This document shows, piece by piece, positions 13,094 to 26,527 of a DNA stretch of 64,000 nt; the stretch's first letter is position 1; each line of letters opens with the position of its first letter. The stretch covers positions 3,874,441-3,938,440 of the forward strand of contig MU056963.1 in NCBI GenBank assembly GCA_013239625.1. Reading direction: 5' to 3'. A model generated the notes under the pieces. It saw only the letters and a list, made by a program, of their open reading frames with translations, was not told the DNA's origin and made no database searches. Origin of the DNA: Lama guanicoe (taxonomy: Eukaryota). The position numbers were made by a program, and so were the translations under genes.

Positions 13094-13491
13094 GAGGATC
13101 TGTCTATAAGATTTCATTCTTTGTGGTTAAGGCCTTGTTCTCTGTGCAAGTACTCCTTTGGCACTTTGATCTGATTTTGAGATCTGACCGTTTCCACCAA
13201 GGCTAGCTGAGACACCTTTAGCCCACTCCTTCGGCAACAGGAGCTGCTTCACTGAAACTACTGTTTTTTTCAGCCTTCAGCCCATTCCTTTGGAATAGAG
13301 GCTGCTCTGCAGAAACTAGCTGAAAAGCCTCTGGCCTGGCTCCTCTGGGACCAGGCTGTCTCCTTAGGACTGGCTGGTATTAGCTTACAGGCTATTTGAG
13401 TTGCAAGCTGTTTGAATTGAGCTATTTGAGCTAAGAGCTCTTTAAGCTGAATGAAAACTGTTCTTTTACTCTAGAGGAAAACCTCTGAGAA

Positions 13492-14514
13492 ATGGAATCC
13501 CAGTTATCTACATATTTTGAGGGCACCCGCCCACAGGATTCTGGCTGACTTTGTGTTTAAAACCCATACTCCTGCCTCATGTGCATTTCTAACTAAAAGG
13601 GCAATTTAGGTTATCAATGGTCATTATGGGGAACTTCTGAAATCCCCAAACTTAATTTTCTTAAAACCAAATTGAATTGCAATAGCTCAAAATTTTCCAT
13701 CACTGAATGGTATGCCTATTTCAATCAGTGTTTTGAGGCTTACGAATTATCGGGGGGCTTAAAACTGCCTCTCTGCAAAATAAGATCTTAAGATTAACTG
13801 AGGTAAACAAAGGAAAATGAAATGGCTCCTGAAGCCTCAGGCTCTTCTTCCTTGGCTTCTCTGTCTCAGGTTCCACCTTCAGTGCCATCTTGTCTCTCTC
13901 CCTCGGCCTCTCGTGGGTAGACCTGGCCTCCAGTACCATCTTCCTCCTCCCCTTCTAGACCACCTGCACCTCCTCCAAACCCGGAGGTCCCCCATGCTAA
14001 TTCTCACTGAACTCTCCCTTTTCTCTGAGACTCTCCCCACACCCTTTTCCTCTGAACGTGTCAGAACCTGTCCCTTTAAAACTAAGCCTTCTGAGGATCC
14101 AGAGGCTAAATCCTAATTTTTTATATTCCCTGAACTAAAGGTAAACTGTGAGCCACAGTCAAAGATTTCCCCAAATTCACCAGTGATCCTAACAGGCTTG
14201 CTGAGGAGTTTAACATAGCCACTCAAACTTGTCAAGCTGACTTCTCTGACTTGTGTCAGCTAGTTTATAGGCTTGTCAGTGTAGCTCAGGCTCGACATTG
14301 TATGAAACCCGCTAGCTGGGGAAATCCTGAAAGTTCTCTAGAATTACAACTGGGAGACCAGCGGACTCACTTATGATACAATCAGGCTCAAGCAATTGCT
14401 ATGCAACGTCATCAAGTTAATTCCTAGGGCTTTTCCAAAGCCTGTTGATTAAAACAAAATTCAGGCCCATACACAGAAATCTGATGAACCTGTTCATAAC
14501 TGTTATACCCAGCT
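13492..14514 (+). pseudogene. gag: ERV gag remnant (MA, proline-rich region, CA to MHR), frameshifted
   Basis: ATG at 13492 (MESQLSTYFEG); QWSLWGTSEIPKLNFLK; CA motif DPNRLAEEFNIATQTCQADFSDLCQLV; MHR KIQAHTQKSDEPVHNCY. Confidence 0.85.
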
Positions 14515-16230
14515 TCTGTCACCAATGAAGTCCCTCACAACTATTTAACATTGACAGATCACCCCCCTGACTCCTCCTAGAGATCTGCAGGGAACTCCTC
14601 TGGGTAAGGCTGATGTCTCATGGCTCACAGAGGGTTCTTATTTAAAAGGTGACAATGGCAAAGGATGTGCTGGGTGTGCTGTTACAACTCCTTTTCATGT
14701 TGTTGAGGTGGTGTCTTTTCCTGTAGCTACTTTGGCCCAACAGTCTGAGTTAAATCACACACTCTTACACTGCCTTGTACTTTAGCCAAGGACAAAACTG
14801 CCAATGTTTACACTGATAGTAAGTATGTTGTCAGAGTAGCTCATTGTTTTGCAGTGTTGTGGAAGCAACAAGGCTTACTTCCTTCCAGGGGAAATAAAAA
14901 TTTAAAATGTCCCCTATGTTCAGAAATGTTGGATGCAATACTTTTACTTTCCACTTTAGCTCTTAATAATACTGCAAAGCATTCTAAACTTGACTCTCTA
15001 GAAGCTAAGGGAAATCACTTTGTTGACAACTCTGCAAGGAATATTGCTCTTAAAAGGACTAATGGCAGCCAAACCTCTGTCATGGCACCAAGGGGTATCT
15101 CCCCCAAATGGTAAGATAGGAAACTGGAGAGAGAAGCCCACCAACTGGCCTCAGAAAAGGGAAAGAAAGATTGGAAATTCAACAATTGTTGGTTTGGTAA
15201 AAAGAGAAAGCTCTGGTTTGGACCAAATAACCACCCAGTCCTACTCTAATATTACCACTCCTCACCAATATACATGCATTAAACCATTGATCTACTGACA
15301 AAATGAGAGCTTCCGTGAATCAGTATTGGTGGAAATATTAACCAGGCTGCATAAAGTGCCTAACTCACTTGTCACACTTCAAAGTACAACCCAGGAAAGC
15401 CTGTTTGTACCACTCGCAGACATTATAAACTGCCTAATGGACCACTCAAGTTCTGACAAACGGATTTCATACAACTTCCTCTGTTTCATGGATTTAAGTT
15501 TGTTTTAGCCATGGTCTGAATGTTTCACGCCAGAGTGAAGCCTTCTCTTGCAGACAGTCTGTTGGCTCTTCTGTGGCTAAAATCCTTTTGAAATAGATTA
15601 CCCCTACCTGGGGAACTCCTCTTGAATGTCATAGTGATCAAGGAACCCATTATTGGCCAGGTACTTCAACAAGTCTGCACTGTTTGGTCAGTTTTACAAC
15701 ACTTTTACTGCACTTACTACCCTCAGTTCTCTGGGTTAGTAGAATGTGCTAGTGGCATTATTATTAAGACTAAAGTGGCAAAATTTGTGGAGAACCTCCA
15801 AATACCCCGGGTAAAAGCATTGCCATTGCTCCATCTAAATCTTAGATCTACCCCCTTTGGAATTCATAAACTTTCACACTTTGAGATAATCAGAAGATGT
15901 CAATGTAGTTGGGTTCTGTTTATTCTGACCCACAACTGATATAAAACGAGGGTCTGATACCGCAAAGGCCTAATTGCTTCTATTTAAAATAAACATGTTT
16001 TGAAAGAGCAATCTTTTCACAGTGAAGTCTCAGGAGACAAAGACCTCAAACATCACACCTTGCAATCTGAAGATTTTGTCTGTTGGAAAAGACACCTTCA
16101 GAAGAACTCTCTTCAGCCTCACTGGAAAGGATCCTATCAGGTACTGCAAACCAACCACTGTGTCATCAAATTCCACAGAATAGGCTCATACTCGTATGAC
16201 ACATCTAAAGAAAGTACCAAACCCTGACTG
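14515..16230 (+). pseudogene. pol: ERV pol remnant: tether, RNase H, integrase
   Basis: EVPHNYL...DLQGTPL...SWLTEGSYL; AQQSEL; ANVYTDSKY; GNHFVD; integrase QTDFIQLP, HSDQGTH, YPQFSGLVE; C-terminal LQPHWKGSYQVL (GPY-type). Multiple stops and frameshifts. Confidence 0.92.
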
Positions 16231-16634
16231 GATCTGTATCTCACCTAGTGACTGGAAAGTAAAGATTTCCCAGAATTGGAGCAGACAACATCCGATGAAA
16301 CAGTTTTCCCAAGATACCCAGACCAAGCCTGCTGGAAGTTTGTCACCAAACCTTTGACAATGATGTAACGTTTTAGATGATCTTCAACAGACTATGATCT
16401 TGATAGCATATGGACTTTAGATAAAAAGTGCCTGAGAATTCTCCCTCCTACCTTCTTGGTTACTCAAACGTAACCTCAGTAGGTTTCCAGTCTGTGCACT
16501 TTAGCTCCAATGGAAGACACTACAACCAGAAAAGGTCTTCCTGGCATTGAGGGACAAAAATCCACTGAAACCAGAAAAACTGACACTTGACAATTGATGC
16601 TTTCAAGAAAAGGATCTTGAAATTAATGGAGAAA

Positions 16635-16968
16635 TATAAAAAATGAATAAACAGAAATCTCAGAGTCAGGAGACCAGAAGGGGGAGCTCTCATACCCTGC
16701 AAAGATAACAGAGCCCAACAGGAAGAAGACATCCTTGCCTTCTTTCCTGGCAAGGACTTAACCAATGGAAAGCCATGGACTCTTTGCGTACAGTAGCCCA
16801 CCCAGTTTGCTTTTCTCCTCTATGTAAGCATTCTCCTTCCCTTGCTGTGGAAGGCCTTTCACATGGCCCACCATGGTTGCAGATCCTGAATTGCAATTCT
16901 CTGCTGATCCCAAATAAATCCATCGTTGCTGGAGAAATATCTGGCAGTCTATTTGTTACAGGTCAACA
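16635..16968 (+). mobile_element. 3' LTR (MER34/MER39-like)
   Basis: Follows a purine-rich PPT remnant; CCAAT ~16762; AATAAA ~16913; end gctggagaaatatctggcagtctatttgttacaggtcaaca. Confidence 0.85.
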
Positions 16969-17704
16969 ATTAAAAAAAACCAAACTGTGTCTGATGACTT
17001 TCTGAGACTGAAAAGCTGTAGTTCATATATGGTGCTTATCAAAATATGCCAGCACTACACCTTTCCAGGGAAAGTGACCCAGAAACACAAGGCAAAGAAT
17101 CCTGGTTGACTTCACAGTACTATAATGAAGGAAGAACATCTGACTTGCAGTAACCACCTTGTCTCTACTTCCAAAGATCTAGACCAGTTTTTTCAATTCA
17201 TATTTTAACAGATAATATCATATTTGCTGGTTGTTTTACTTTTATATCCTGACAAGTTTCAGAAATTGTTTGAGTCCTTAACAAAGATGATTCAATATGT
17301 CTCATCAACACACAACTGCAGTTGTATAGACAGTATAAACAGTGAAGAACCCTGGAAAACACATGGTTTAAGAAGAGAGAGCAGCAAAGCTCACCAAGTC
17401 TCTCACTGTTTAACCTAGCAGTGAGTATTCATCAACAGAAGTCTGTCTTGCTGTATTAGAAACAGAATGCTTAGCACTAGATTAAGAAATACCTGAAGTC
17501 TCAGTTCACTTAGCATTCTAGGCTTTCTCAAAGTCTAGTGCAATGTCTGGGATAACTTCTCTAGAACTCCACAGAAGTGATTTTCAACAACATTGCTTTG
17601 GGATTCACCAGAGTCTCAAAAGAGAAAACAGAAATTACTATCCCAATTGCCACTGTTGAAACAGAACAATCCCCTAGGTACAACATGTAAACAGACATAC
17701 ATTA

Positions 17705-18385
17705 TTTTTTAACAATTTTATTAAGGTGCAACTGACATACTGAAAAAGTCACCCATTTAAAGTATATGGATCACTGGATTTTTAGTACACACAGAGTTCT
17801 GCAACCACGACCACAATCTAAATTTAAATCATTTCATCACCTGAAAAGACACCTCACGCCCATTTGCAGTCATTTCCCATATTCCATTCCATCCCAATCT
17901 CCAGTGAGGTTGTTAACAAGTCCAGTTTTTAGTGGGTGCCTTGTGATTTTCTACATACAAGACCATGTCACTTGCAGATAGAAGTAGTTTTACTTCTTTC
18001 CCTCCAATGTGGATGCCTTTTATTTCCTTTGTTGCAAATTGCCCTGGCTGGAACTCATGGTACAATATTGAATAGAAGTGATAGGAGTAGACATCCTTCT
18101 CTCATTCTTGATCTTAGCAGAACAGCATTCAGGCTTTCAATGTGAAGCATGGTGTTAATTGTGGGGTTACTGAAGATATCCTTTATCAGATTAAGTGAGT
18201 TGCCTTATATATGTAGTTTGAGTTTTTTATCATGAAAAAAAAATGTTGCTTAGCAAATGCTTTTTCTCCATCTATTGAGATGACCATGTACTTTGTCCTT
18301 TTTTTCTATTTATATGTTGATTTTCTTATGTTAAATCAACCTTGCATTATTGGAATAAACCCCACTTGGTCATGGTGTATAATCC
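17705..18385 (-). mobile_element. L1 (L1MB-like 3' end joined to RT region)
   Basis: Reverse 3' UTR ttttattaaggtg...ttcatcacctgaaaag; then the reverse FADDMILY region (ttctacatacaagaccatgtcacttgcagata) and the GxRQGCP region (agtagacatccttctctc). Confidence 0.85.
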
Positions 18386-18900
18386 TAAATTTCCACTCAG
18401 GATCTTGTTCATCCCAACTGAAACCACAGCCTTAGGCAGCTGTGATATTTCTAAGATATTGCTACTATTTGCTGTAACATCCTGGGGGCAGGGCATTTCC
18501 ATTGAACTGGGCTCTAAGTTAAATCAAATAGTCATAATAACCTGGAAATAGAGATTTTCCAGAAAGCTGAAAATGTGGGGGCGGGGGGGGGAATAAAAAA
18601 CATTTACTGTGCTCTGGGGATAGAACATTTAATGGAGTGCCAAAAGATGTCAGTCCTCACTGGTTTTAAGGCTACCAGTAACTACCAAGCCACTGAGCTG
18701 AGAAAGGAGAGAGGATGGGATCAGCCCCAAGTTAAAACATTGAAGACCCTGCCATCTGACCTAACTTCAACAGTTTCTCTGGGATAGATGCCCCGCAATT
18801 AGTTGTGTCTTTGGTTAATTTTGAGAATTCTAAAATGGTTGCCTTTGTTGTTCTGTAGTATTTTCTTTGTTTTTGTGGAAGACGGAGTTCATTAAGGTCC
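18386..18900 (-). mobile_element. Probable old L1 5' region
   Basis: Resembles the reverse 5' UTR of L1M elements (ttggttaattttgagaattctaaaatggttg...ttgtttttgtgga). Confidence 0.4.
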
Positions 18901-19069
18901 CAGATGGTTCACTCTCCACCAGTCCAGAAGATGATCCCCATCCACGTACTACTGCCTGGCTTAAGAGGATGGTGTGTGTACAACTGGACACATGACAGCT
19001 GTTTTATCACAATGACTTTGTATATGTTGCAGGAATTCAGAGTGGATCTGGACAGGGCCATTTTTCTTA

Positions 19070-19370
19070 ACTCGTTCAACAAATATTTATCAAGTATCTA
19101 CTAAGTATCAATGAATAAGACTATACTCCCACCCTCAACAAGGATGAAGTCTAGTTGGAGCAGAGGAATTAGCTATTATTGAGCACAACCTATTTGCCAC
19201 TAATATGAGTCATATCACTAATTTAGACAGTGAAAAAAGAAAAAAATTAATAGACTACTATCTGAAGGACAGTAAGCTGAGTCATGAAGTATGAATAGGA
19301 CATTTCTGTCTGGAACCAGTGTAGGAGAACATCCCTTGGTACAAAGAACATGGACCTCAGAGAATAAAAG
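19070..19370 (-). mobile_element. L2 3' end remnant
   Basis: ttcaacaaatatttatcaagtatctacta...gaataagac. Confidence 0.6.
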
Positions 19371-20299
19371 ATCATATTCAATAAGGGATTATTGTTGAAG
19401 TCCTGATGGTTCCTGACCATTTAGTGTAACCGAACTCAACACAGTAAAGAATAAACATTTTTCGCAACAAACTAAATCTTTACTTGACCAAGATTTTCAT
19501 CACTGATAACAAAAACTTTAGATAACTAAAAGGAACAAAAATAACTTTGTCATTATTACATAAACCTAAGAATTTCATAGCAATTAGGAGATGACAGCTG
19601 GCTATTTAAGTTATGCTGTACAGTCATAGTCATTTTCAGAGTCTGTAAGTGTATGAGTACCTGTTTACTTCTGGGAAGTCAAAAACTAAATTAAAACATA
19701 CTAAAATCCAAAAAAATGATTAGACACAATCTGTTTGAAAAATAATGTGGGAAGAAGAAAAATAAGCAAATCAGTTTGGTTTTGACCTCCCATCACACAC
19801 AGTCTGAGTTGCTCTGGTTAATGAAGACATTACCCAATCGGAAAAATAGGTGAAAGAAGCTCTTGACCTCATAGAGCTGGAGTGACTTTATGTGGGAGTT
19901 TCAAGGGAGACTTCAAAATGCCAAATGTATCCTTGCCATCAGTTCTTATGGGATGGTGTGCAGCTCAGGGAAGAAAAGTGGATTCTGCAGAGTGGCATTT
20001 GGACTAGAGTTGCCTTTGGTAAAAATAAGTCAGAATGTATGTTTTCACAAGACTTGAAATTCACATAAAAAAAAAGAAAAAGAAATTCACGTGGCAGTAT
20101 TTTCAAACACTGCCGGTACTATTACGTTCTTACCTCAAATGCGTGAAACCAATGCCAAACGAAAAAAGTTTCAAGGCATGCCAGTGGCTGCTAGCAAACA
20201 ATGCTGTGCTATAATTATGTATAGGACAAATATTCATCTAGCTAAGGGGAAAGGTCCAAAGACAAAGATAATGGTCACCATGCCAGTTAGAATGTCTTC

Positions 20300-20560
20300 A
20301 GTGATAAGCAACAAAATATTTAACTCTGTAGGTCTTAAAGGATAAAGGCATGTATTACGTCACAAAAAGAAAAATCTGGGAAGAGACTGATCCAGAGTTG
20401 GTTAATTTAGTGGCACAATGACATAATCAGAGCTTTACTTTCATCTGCAAGTTTGTCCCATCAAGGTAACAAGATGGCTGCCATCACTCCAGGCATCAGC
20501 CCAGCAAACCACCACACCCAAAGTCCACAAGGTGAGCTACTTTACACAAGTGTCTAGCAG
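20300..20560 (-). mobile_element. MaLR MLT1J/K-like fragment
   Basis: aggtaacaagatggctgccatcactccaggcatca motif. Confidence 0.55.
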
Positions 20561-22959
20561 GGAAGGAAGACTAGGGCTGCTGTATATGACTGCACAGGTT
20601 GTACCTCACAACTCCAGACAGCTGGTCACATGAGCCACATGAGTGTGGCACCCTATAGAGATGACCATCTTTAGAATAGCCACAATAATACAACAAACAG
20701 CTGTGGTAATATGTAATTATTTCAGGCCAAATAACTTCAGACACAATGTTAAGCCTGCAGATTATCTTTAAATATTTTTAAAGGAACAGAAATCATGTGT
20801 GGAAGTTGTAGATAGAAATATATAGTAATTAGTCACTTTAATTTTCACACATTAGTTCTCAGTTTTTCAAACTCAACAACTCCAGCACTTGATTTTTTTT
20901 CCTCCAGGCAGTGTCTCAAAGTAAACATAATTTGTTCTATAATTTCAATTCATTTTCTCTTCTACAACCATAATCCTGTATAGAATAAGATTAGCAGCTC
21001 CATTTTTTTTTTCTAACATGGCATTAAACCACCTTTCAATTGTCACCCTTAAATCAAAAATACTCCTAAATGTCAACTCATAAAAATTTGACAAGTCACT
21101 CCATTATTCAGGTTGTTCTTCAAGTAATCTACAGGGGTTCTGTAAGAGAATATACATTTTCTCTCATAAAATCTGTTTTAATGGTCTTAGTCACTCTTTT
21201 TTTTTTTTTAACCAAAAATATTTTCACTCCTGCTGCTGTGTAACTTCAGTCACAGCCGACCTCAAGTATTTAAACTCAAAGGACAGGCTGAAATGAACTA
21301 TTTATTCACTGAAGTATATTATCAACCTGATCCACTCTCCCCGAGATTACTAATTTGGTGTTACTTCAAAACATAGAGCCACGTAGTTATCAGTGGCTTG
21401 TCTAGGACTTAATAAGCACATAAACTTAGACAACCTTGACAATCACTCCAGCTTCATAAAATCTAATTTTTGTGACTGCTATTTAAGTACACCCAGCTTT
21501 CAGCATGGCTTGAAATTTACTCAACAGAGGATGGTAACAATCATGCTGAGTTATAGCAGACTAGCGTTAAGCGTGGAATCCATTCTTTATTCTTAGTAGA
21601 CATTACTGCCAGGGCTAGATGTACGGATTTGTCATGAGCACAGGAGAAAGGATTTCCAACCCATTCAAAAGACAGTGAGTTTTAATTCAAGCTTTGTTTC
21701 TTGTTTATTTGTTTTAAGCAACAACGAGATCTAAATGAGATGACTGCTGATACTTGTGTTCGAATAATGGCAAGGATCTCCAATCCACAGGCAATAAAGA
21801 GGGTTAGTGGGCTAGTCAGGCACAGGAGACCAGAGGAGAAAATTGCAGCAGGTGAGCCCAATAGGCATGATAGTTCATTTCATGTTTCAGGGCAGGGCTT
21901 TTAGAAATAACTTTCTACTAAGTCCGGGCTCTAAGCTGGCATTCCCATTTCTGTCCCTACCTGCCCCTGTTCTAAACGGGAAATCTATCATTTTAAAAAT
22001 AACGCTGTCTTCAGAAAACCTCAAAGTCTCCAGTGTCTTAAAATAACTCTAACTGTGGCAATTGCCTGATTTTAGAAGACCTTACTGTACGTTACTCTGT
22101 GCCACATAATGGTCACGTTGCTGTATTGATAACCAGCCTTTTCAGAGACTGAATGGCTTCAAAAACCTCCTCCTCCTTTCTCTGAGCCAGCTGGGGAGAA
22201 TGTACATTTCCCAGAGCTTTCTCCTCATGCCCCCGCCAAGAAACAAACAGCTCCAGTGGGGCCCCACCCAATTTTAGAACTCACTTTTCCATGAGAATGC
22301 CAGGCTTGGTGTCTACCCAAACCCCAGATTTCAGAAGGACTTACTGATAATGTGCTCATGTGGAAAGATCCATCAGTAAAGAGAACTCTTTGAAATGAGA
22401 CCCAAAAGAACTGAGAGGATCCTGGCCTGTTCTTACCATATGCTGTTTCATATGTGCCTCCAGATCCAAAATCTTTAGCATCTTAGTAAGTGACATACTT
22501 CATATACATCTACAAATTGAGCCTTACTGGTAGGCACACAAAAATTAAAATCAGATATCTCAGAGTTAAGTTTGTTTTCATTTTGACTACTGACATTCCT
22601 TTCTTTCCACTGGTAACCAGAACAATGTCTTCTTATGAGAGATGATTAAAAACACCAAAAAGAAAAAAGTTGTACAAAAATTAATGATCTATATATGAAG
22701 CAAACTAAAATGTGGTTTCATTTTCAAGCAAGTGTTGGAGTGTTGAAAAAAAAAAAAGAGAGAGAACCCTTCATCCTTGGCATCAATGTTCCTCTTGAGA
22801 GGCATCAGATTACTGTCAATAGAGTCCATTTCTTGTCCTAAGGGGCCAAATGTACTCCTTGGTTTTACAGTGAGCAACACCTACATACGCATACTATTGT
22901 AAAACCTATTTGTTGAATTTTAATTTTTAGAATCAACCTGTGGACAAAGCATTGCAGAC

Positions 22960-23880
22960 AGTAATAATCACATCTGAAAATAATATCTACACCTAGACCT
23001 CTAATGCCATATACAAAAACAAACTTCAGAAAAAGAAAGGGTGACTATTTGAGATTTAAAAGACATCATCTGTAAAACTAAAAACAAGTGGCAAACTCTT
23101 GTAAACTATATTAAGAGCATCTCTAAATCAAAAAGGAAATTGGTAATTGAATAGAAAAGATGAGCAAATGTTATGAACAGAAGAACTAAAAAAGAGAAAG
23201 TGTATCAAATTATTGGTAATTATGGAAAGGCAAATTAAGACAATCACATGATATCACTTCTATCCTGTCAGGTTGACAAAATGTAAGATGATTAATGCTA
23301 TCCAGCATCACTGAGGATGTGGGGAATTGAGCATTCTCATGCCCTATGAGTGGGCACGTAAATTGGCAAAGCCCAGAATAACACAGCATTAGCTAACACA
23401 ATTTACAATGCTCATACCCTTGGTCTATTTCTACAGACAGTTATCTATACTAAAATATTACCCCACCTGGTAACAAAGATGCATGTAAAAAGACTGTCAC
23501 TGTACATTTTGTAACAGTAAAAATTGAAGACAACTTAACCATCCCTTAAACAGGTGAACGGCTAAATAAATTATGGGCATTCATTTTATATGCATTAACC
23601 TAAAGACATATTCCTGATATACTACCTGAACCAAAACAAGTATCAGGGCAATATATATAATATGACTATGTTTTTAATTTAAAAAAAATCTGAACTACCA
23701 TCTATATGTGTGTTCTAACATGGAAACATTTCCAAGTTCTATTCCACTAAAAAGTACAAGTCATAATGCATTTATTTTTTGTCTTCAAAGATACACAATT
23801 TTCATACGTATATATGAAATAATACGTATGTAATATAAATAAACTAGAATGATACAGCCCAAATCAGGGTTATTCTAGGT
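22960..23880 (+). mobile_element. L1ME-like ORF2 C-terminus and 3' UTR
   Basis: gcaaattaagacaatcacatgatatcac...gaggatgtggggaa...cattctcat...gtaaattgg; aaataaattatgg. Confidence 0.75.
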
Positions 23881-26527
23881 CAGTTATAAAAAGCACAAAG
23901 GAGAATCATAATTTTGGACAGGAATGTACTCATTACTTTTATGCATAGTAAGTAAAAGACAAAATGAATCAATTCTATGTAAATATAGACTGACAGTAAA
24001 CCATTCTAAAACATAAATGAAAACCAAGGATATGAGTGAAAGAGAAAACAAACCAGCCTGAACCACAGGGCCCCACCTCTCCATCCCCAGGCCAGCACTA
24101 TTTAGCTGGGTGAAGAGTTGTCACCTTTCTGCTTCCTACAGTCCACACTGAAAGTTTAAAATGTAAAGGATCAAGTCTTTCAAAAATGAATTCCTCCTAT
24201 CTAAACTCATCAAAAGATACAATTATTGTCTACAATTTGTCATTCTTTTAAAAAATTTATTTGACTTGCTGGCAATAAAATCCTGAAGCAAGGAAAGACT
24301 AAAATGAAGCAGAATGTATCATTTAATCTGGAAATGAAGGTGAAAATTAATGCCTGTTTCAAAAATATCAATAATTACCAGTAAAGAGATGATACTGAAA
24401 CATGAGATTACCATAAGAAAATACTACAGTAAAAATACAGTAACCAAAATAGTAGATTTTGTCCAATGGTTAAGATAAAAAGATGTATCATTTTCTTTGT
24501 TAACTGTTGAGCTTGAACAAGACTTTTGAGTATTTTGTGTATAACTCATTTAAGAATGAACAGGCTGTGTTCTATTAGAGTAAAGTAGAGCAGACATCTA
24601 ATCAGAGTAGTAATCATCTTTTTTAAAGTTCCAAGGTATATCAAAGCTCAAGGTCTATCAAAGAATTACAAACATATTAACAAATCTGTAGTTGGCAGCT
24701 TTTAAAACAATGTCAAGTTATGATATGTCTTAACTGTAAAATGTCTGGGAATTGCTGACTTAAAAGAATCAGATTCCTCAAAGCGCATAATTAAAGACAA
24801 GCCCTGCATCAGCCAGAGAGGCCTGGTATGTTCAGGCTAGATGAAGGTCAACTCAGAAAATCTCCCGTTTCCTTCTGGTTAGGGCCAGAAACTTGAGTTC
24901 TACACAGACTAGGTTGGAAGAAATGTTCAATATATTTGATCGAATTTTAGCATGACAAAAATCGGCCTTTCACTCAGACTTAGACATGGAATAGATCATA
25001 GAGATGAAGGTTATTATCTTGAAGACATCACCTGAAGCAGCCTCCTGAATTAAGAAAAGTGAAGTATTTTCATTTCCATCTATAGATGAAACAACTTGAG
25101 TTTAAAGAAGAAAGTACATAGAAAAAATAGACTGAAAACCTGATCTTCCTATAGCAGAGCTGATTCTTCCAGTCTAGCGTGTTATGTATTATCTTTGCAG
25201 ATTCACTCCATGGTACCAGTGGGCTGTGGCTGTACCACTTGAGTTCATAAAAGCCTTAGTAGAGCCAGTTAATAATGAGGAAGTACATAGGGGCAGACAT
25301 GCAGCACAGTCTATTTGAATAATCATGGCAGTCAGAATCCTCCCTTTCCAACCCCCCTTTCTAGTCTTCCCAAAACCCTAAATCTAGGGCTCACATAATT
25401 CATCCTGAGCCTTTATCTTTTGTGTGTATTTCTCTTAAGAGAAGTCTATAAAATGATTAAGCAGAGACAATTTATTACAAAGACAATCATTAACTTTCCT
25501 TTCATCTAAAAGTATGACGTATTTTCTCCTCTTCCTCATAACTTTCCATCTCTGGTTCTTGGAAATGATCTGCTTGCCTAGATAGTTTGACTTTACATCA
25601 CTCTATCAGAGAGGGTGAGTTTAATGAAAAGAGGGTATATACAGAACTCTCTCGAGAATGTTTTGTTTTTTCCATTTCTCTTTTCTTATATGTTTAAAAA
25701 AATCTTCTCTGGAGTAATTCCATGTTGCTTAAATGCTTAAAATCTCAAGAGATTCAAAGGCAGAGAACAGATTCACTTCATATTAAATCAACAAGAGATG
25801 GTCTAGCTTTGGGCTAGAAAAAAAAAAAAGCACACTGGGTTACCAGTTCTACTCTTCTCTTATAACATCCTAGAGGCCCTGAAGAATGATGACCTTGACT
25901 TTTACTACCTCCCTCGACTATATTACAGAAGCAGCTTTAATCTGTGGCTTTGATTAAACAGCAAGGGCTGCTAGAAACAACAACACAAGGCATGAGAGGC
26001 TGAAGCTGCTGCAATCTTGAGCACATTTATCATGTCCTGAGAGAGATGAGCATAGAAGAGAGAAAGTGTAGGAGACATGTCCGTCTTGACCGCAGAACTG
26101 AACTTTGTAAAACTTGCCTGCTCTTGAATGCTGTTTACTTTTGCTTTTACAGCTCAGATCTTGTCAGAATAAGGTTTCTCTGGAATTATGTCATAGTGAC
26201 CATTATCCAGGCAGTGGAAATGTTTCGTCATTCAAAGGGTTATGAAATGAGACCTGACCTTTATGCTCTTCAAATCACTGAAAGGTAAAGAAAAAAGTCT
26301 AGCTAAGAAATAATAATTCAGAATATTTTGTATTTACCCTCCCCATCATTCATTTTTCAAGGTATCTCTGTATCTGTATCCTTACTATAATCCCATGACA
26401 TGAGTAGATTAAATTTGACCATCTACACTTCACAGACGGGTCTAAATGTCATCACATGGATTGTGAAAGGAATTAAACCTCCAGTCTCCTTACTTCTTTT
26501 CATTATTTTTTTTTTTTTGGTTTCCAT

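Larger units (their letters stand above)
13094..16968 (+). mobile_element. Decayed class I ERV provirus (MER34/epsilon-like): leader, gag, RNase H-integrase, 3' LTR; no 5' LTR, PR, RT or env
   Basis: Hand-translated gag and pol motifs (see sub-features) followed by a 3' LTR. Confidence 0.9.

Noticed and set aside
13380-13450. Short imperfect repeats (gctatttgag) in the ERV leader
   Set aside because: Ordinary degenerate tandem repeat; not a repeat-spacer array.
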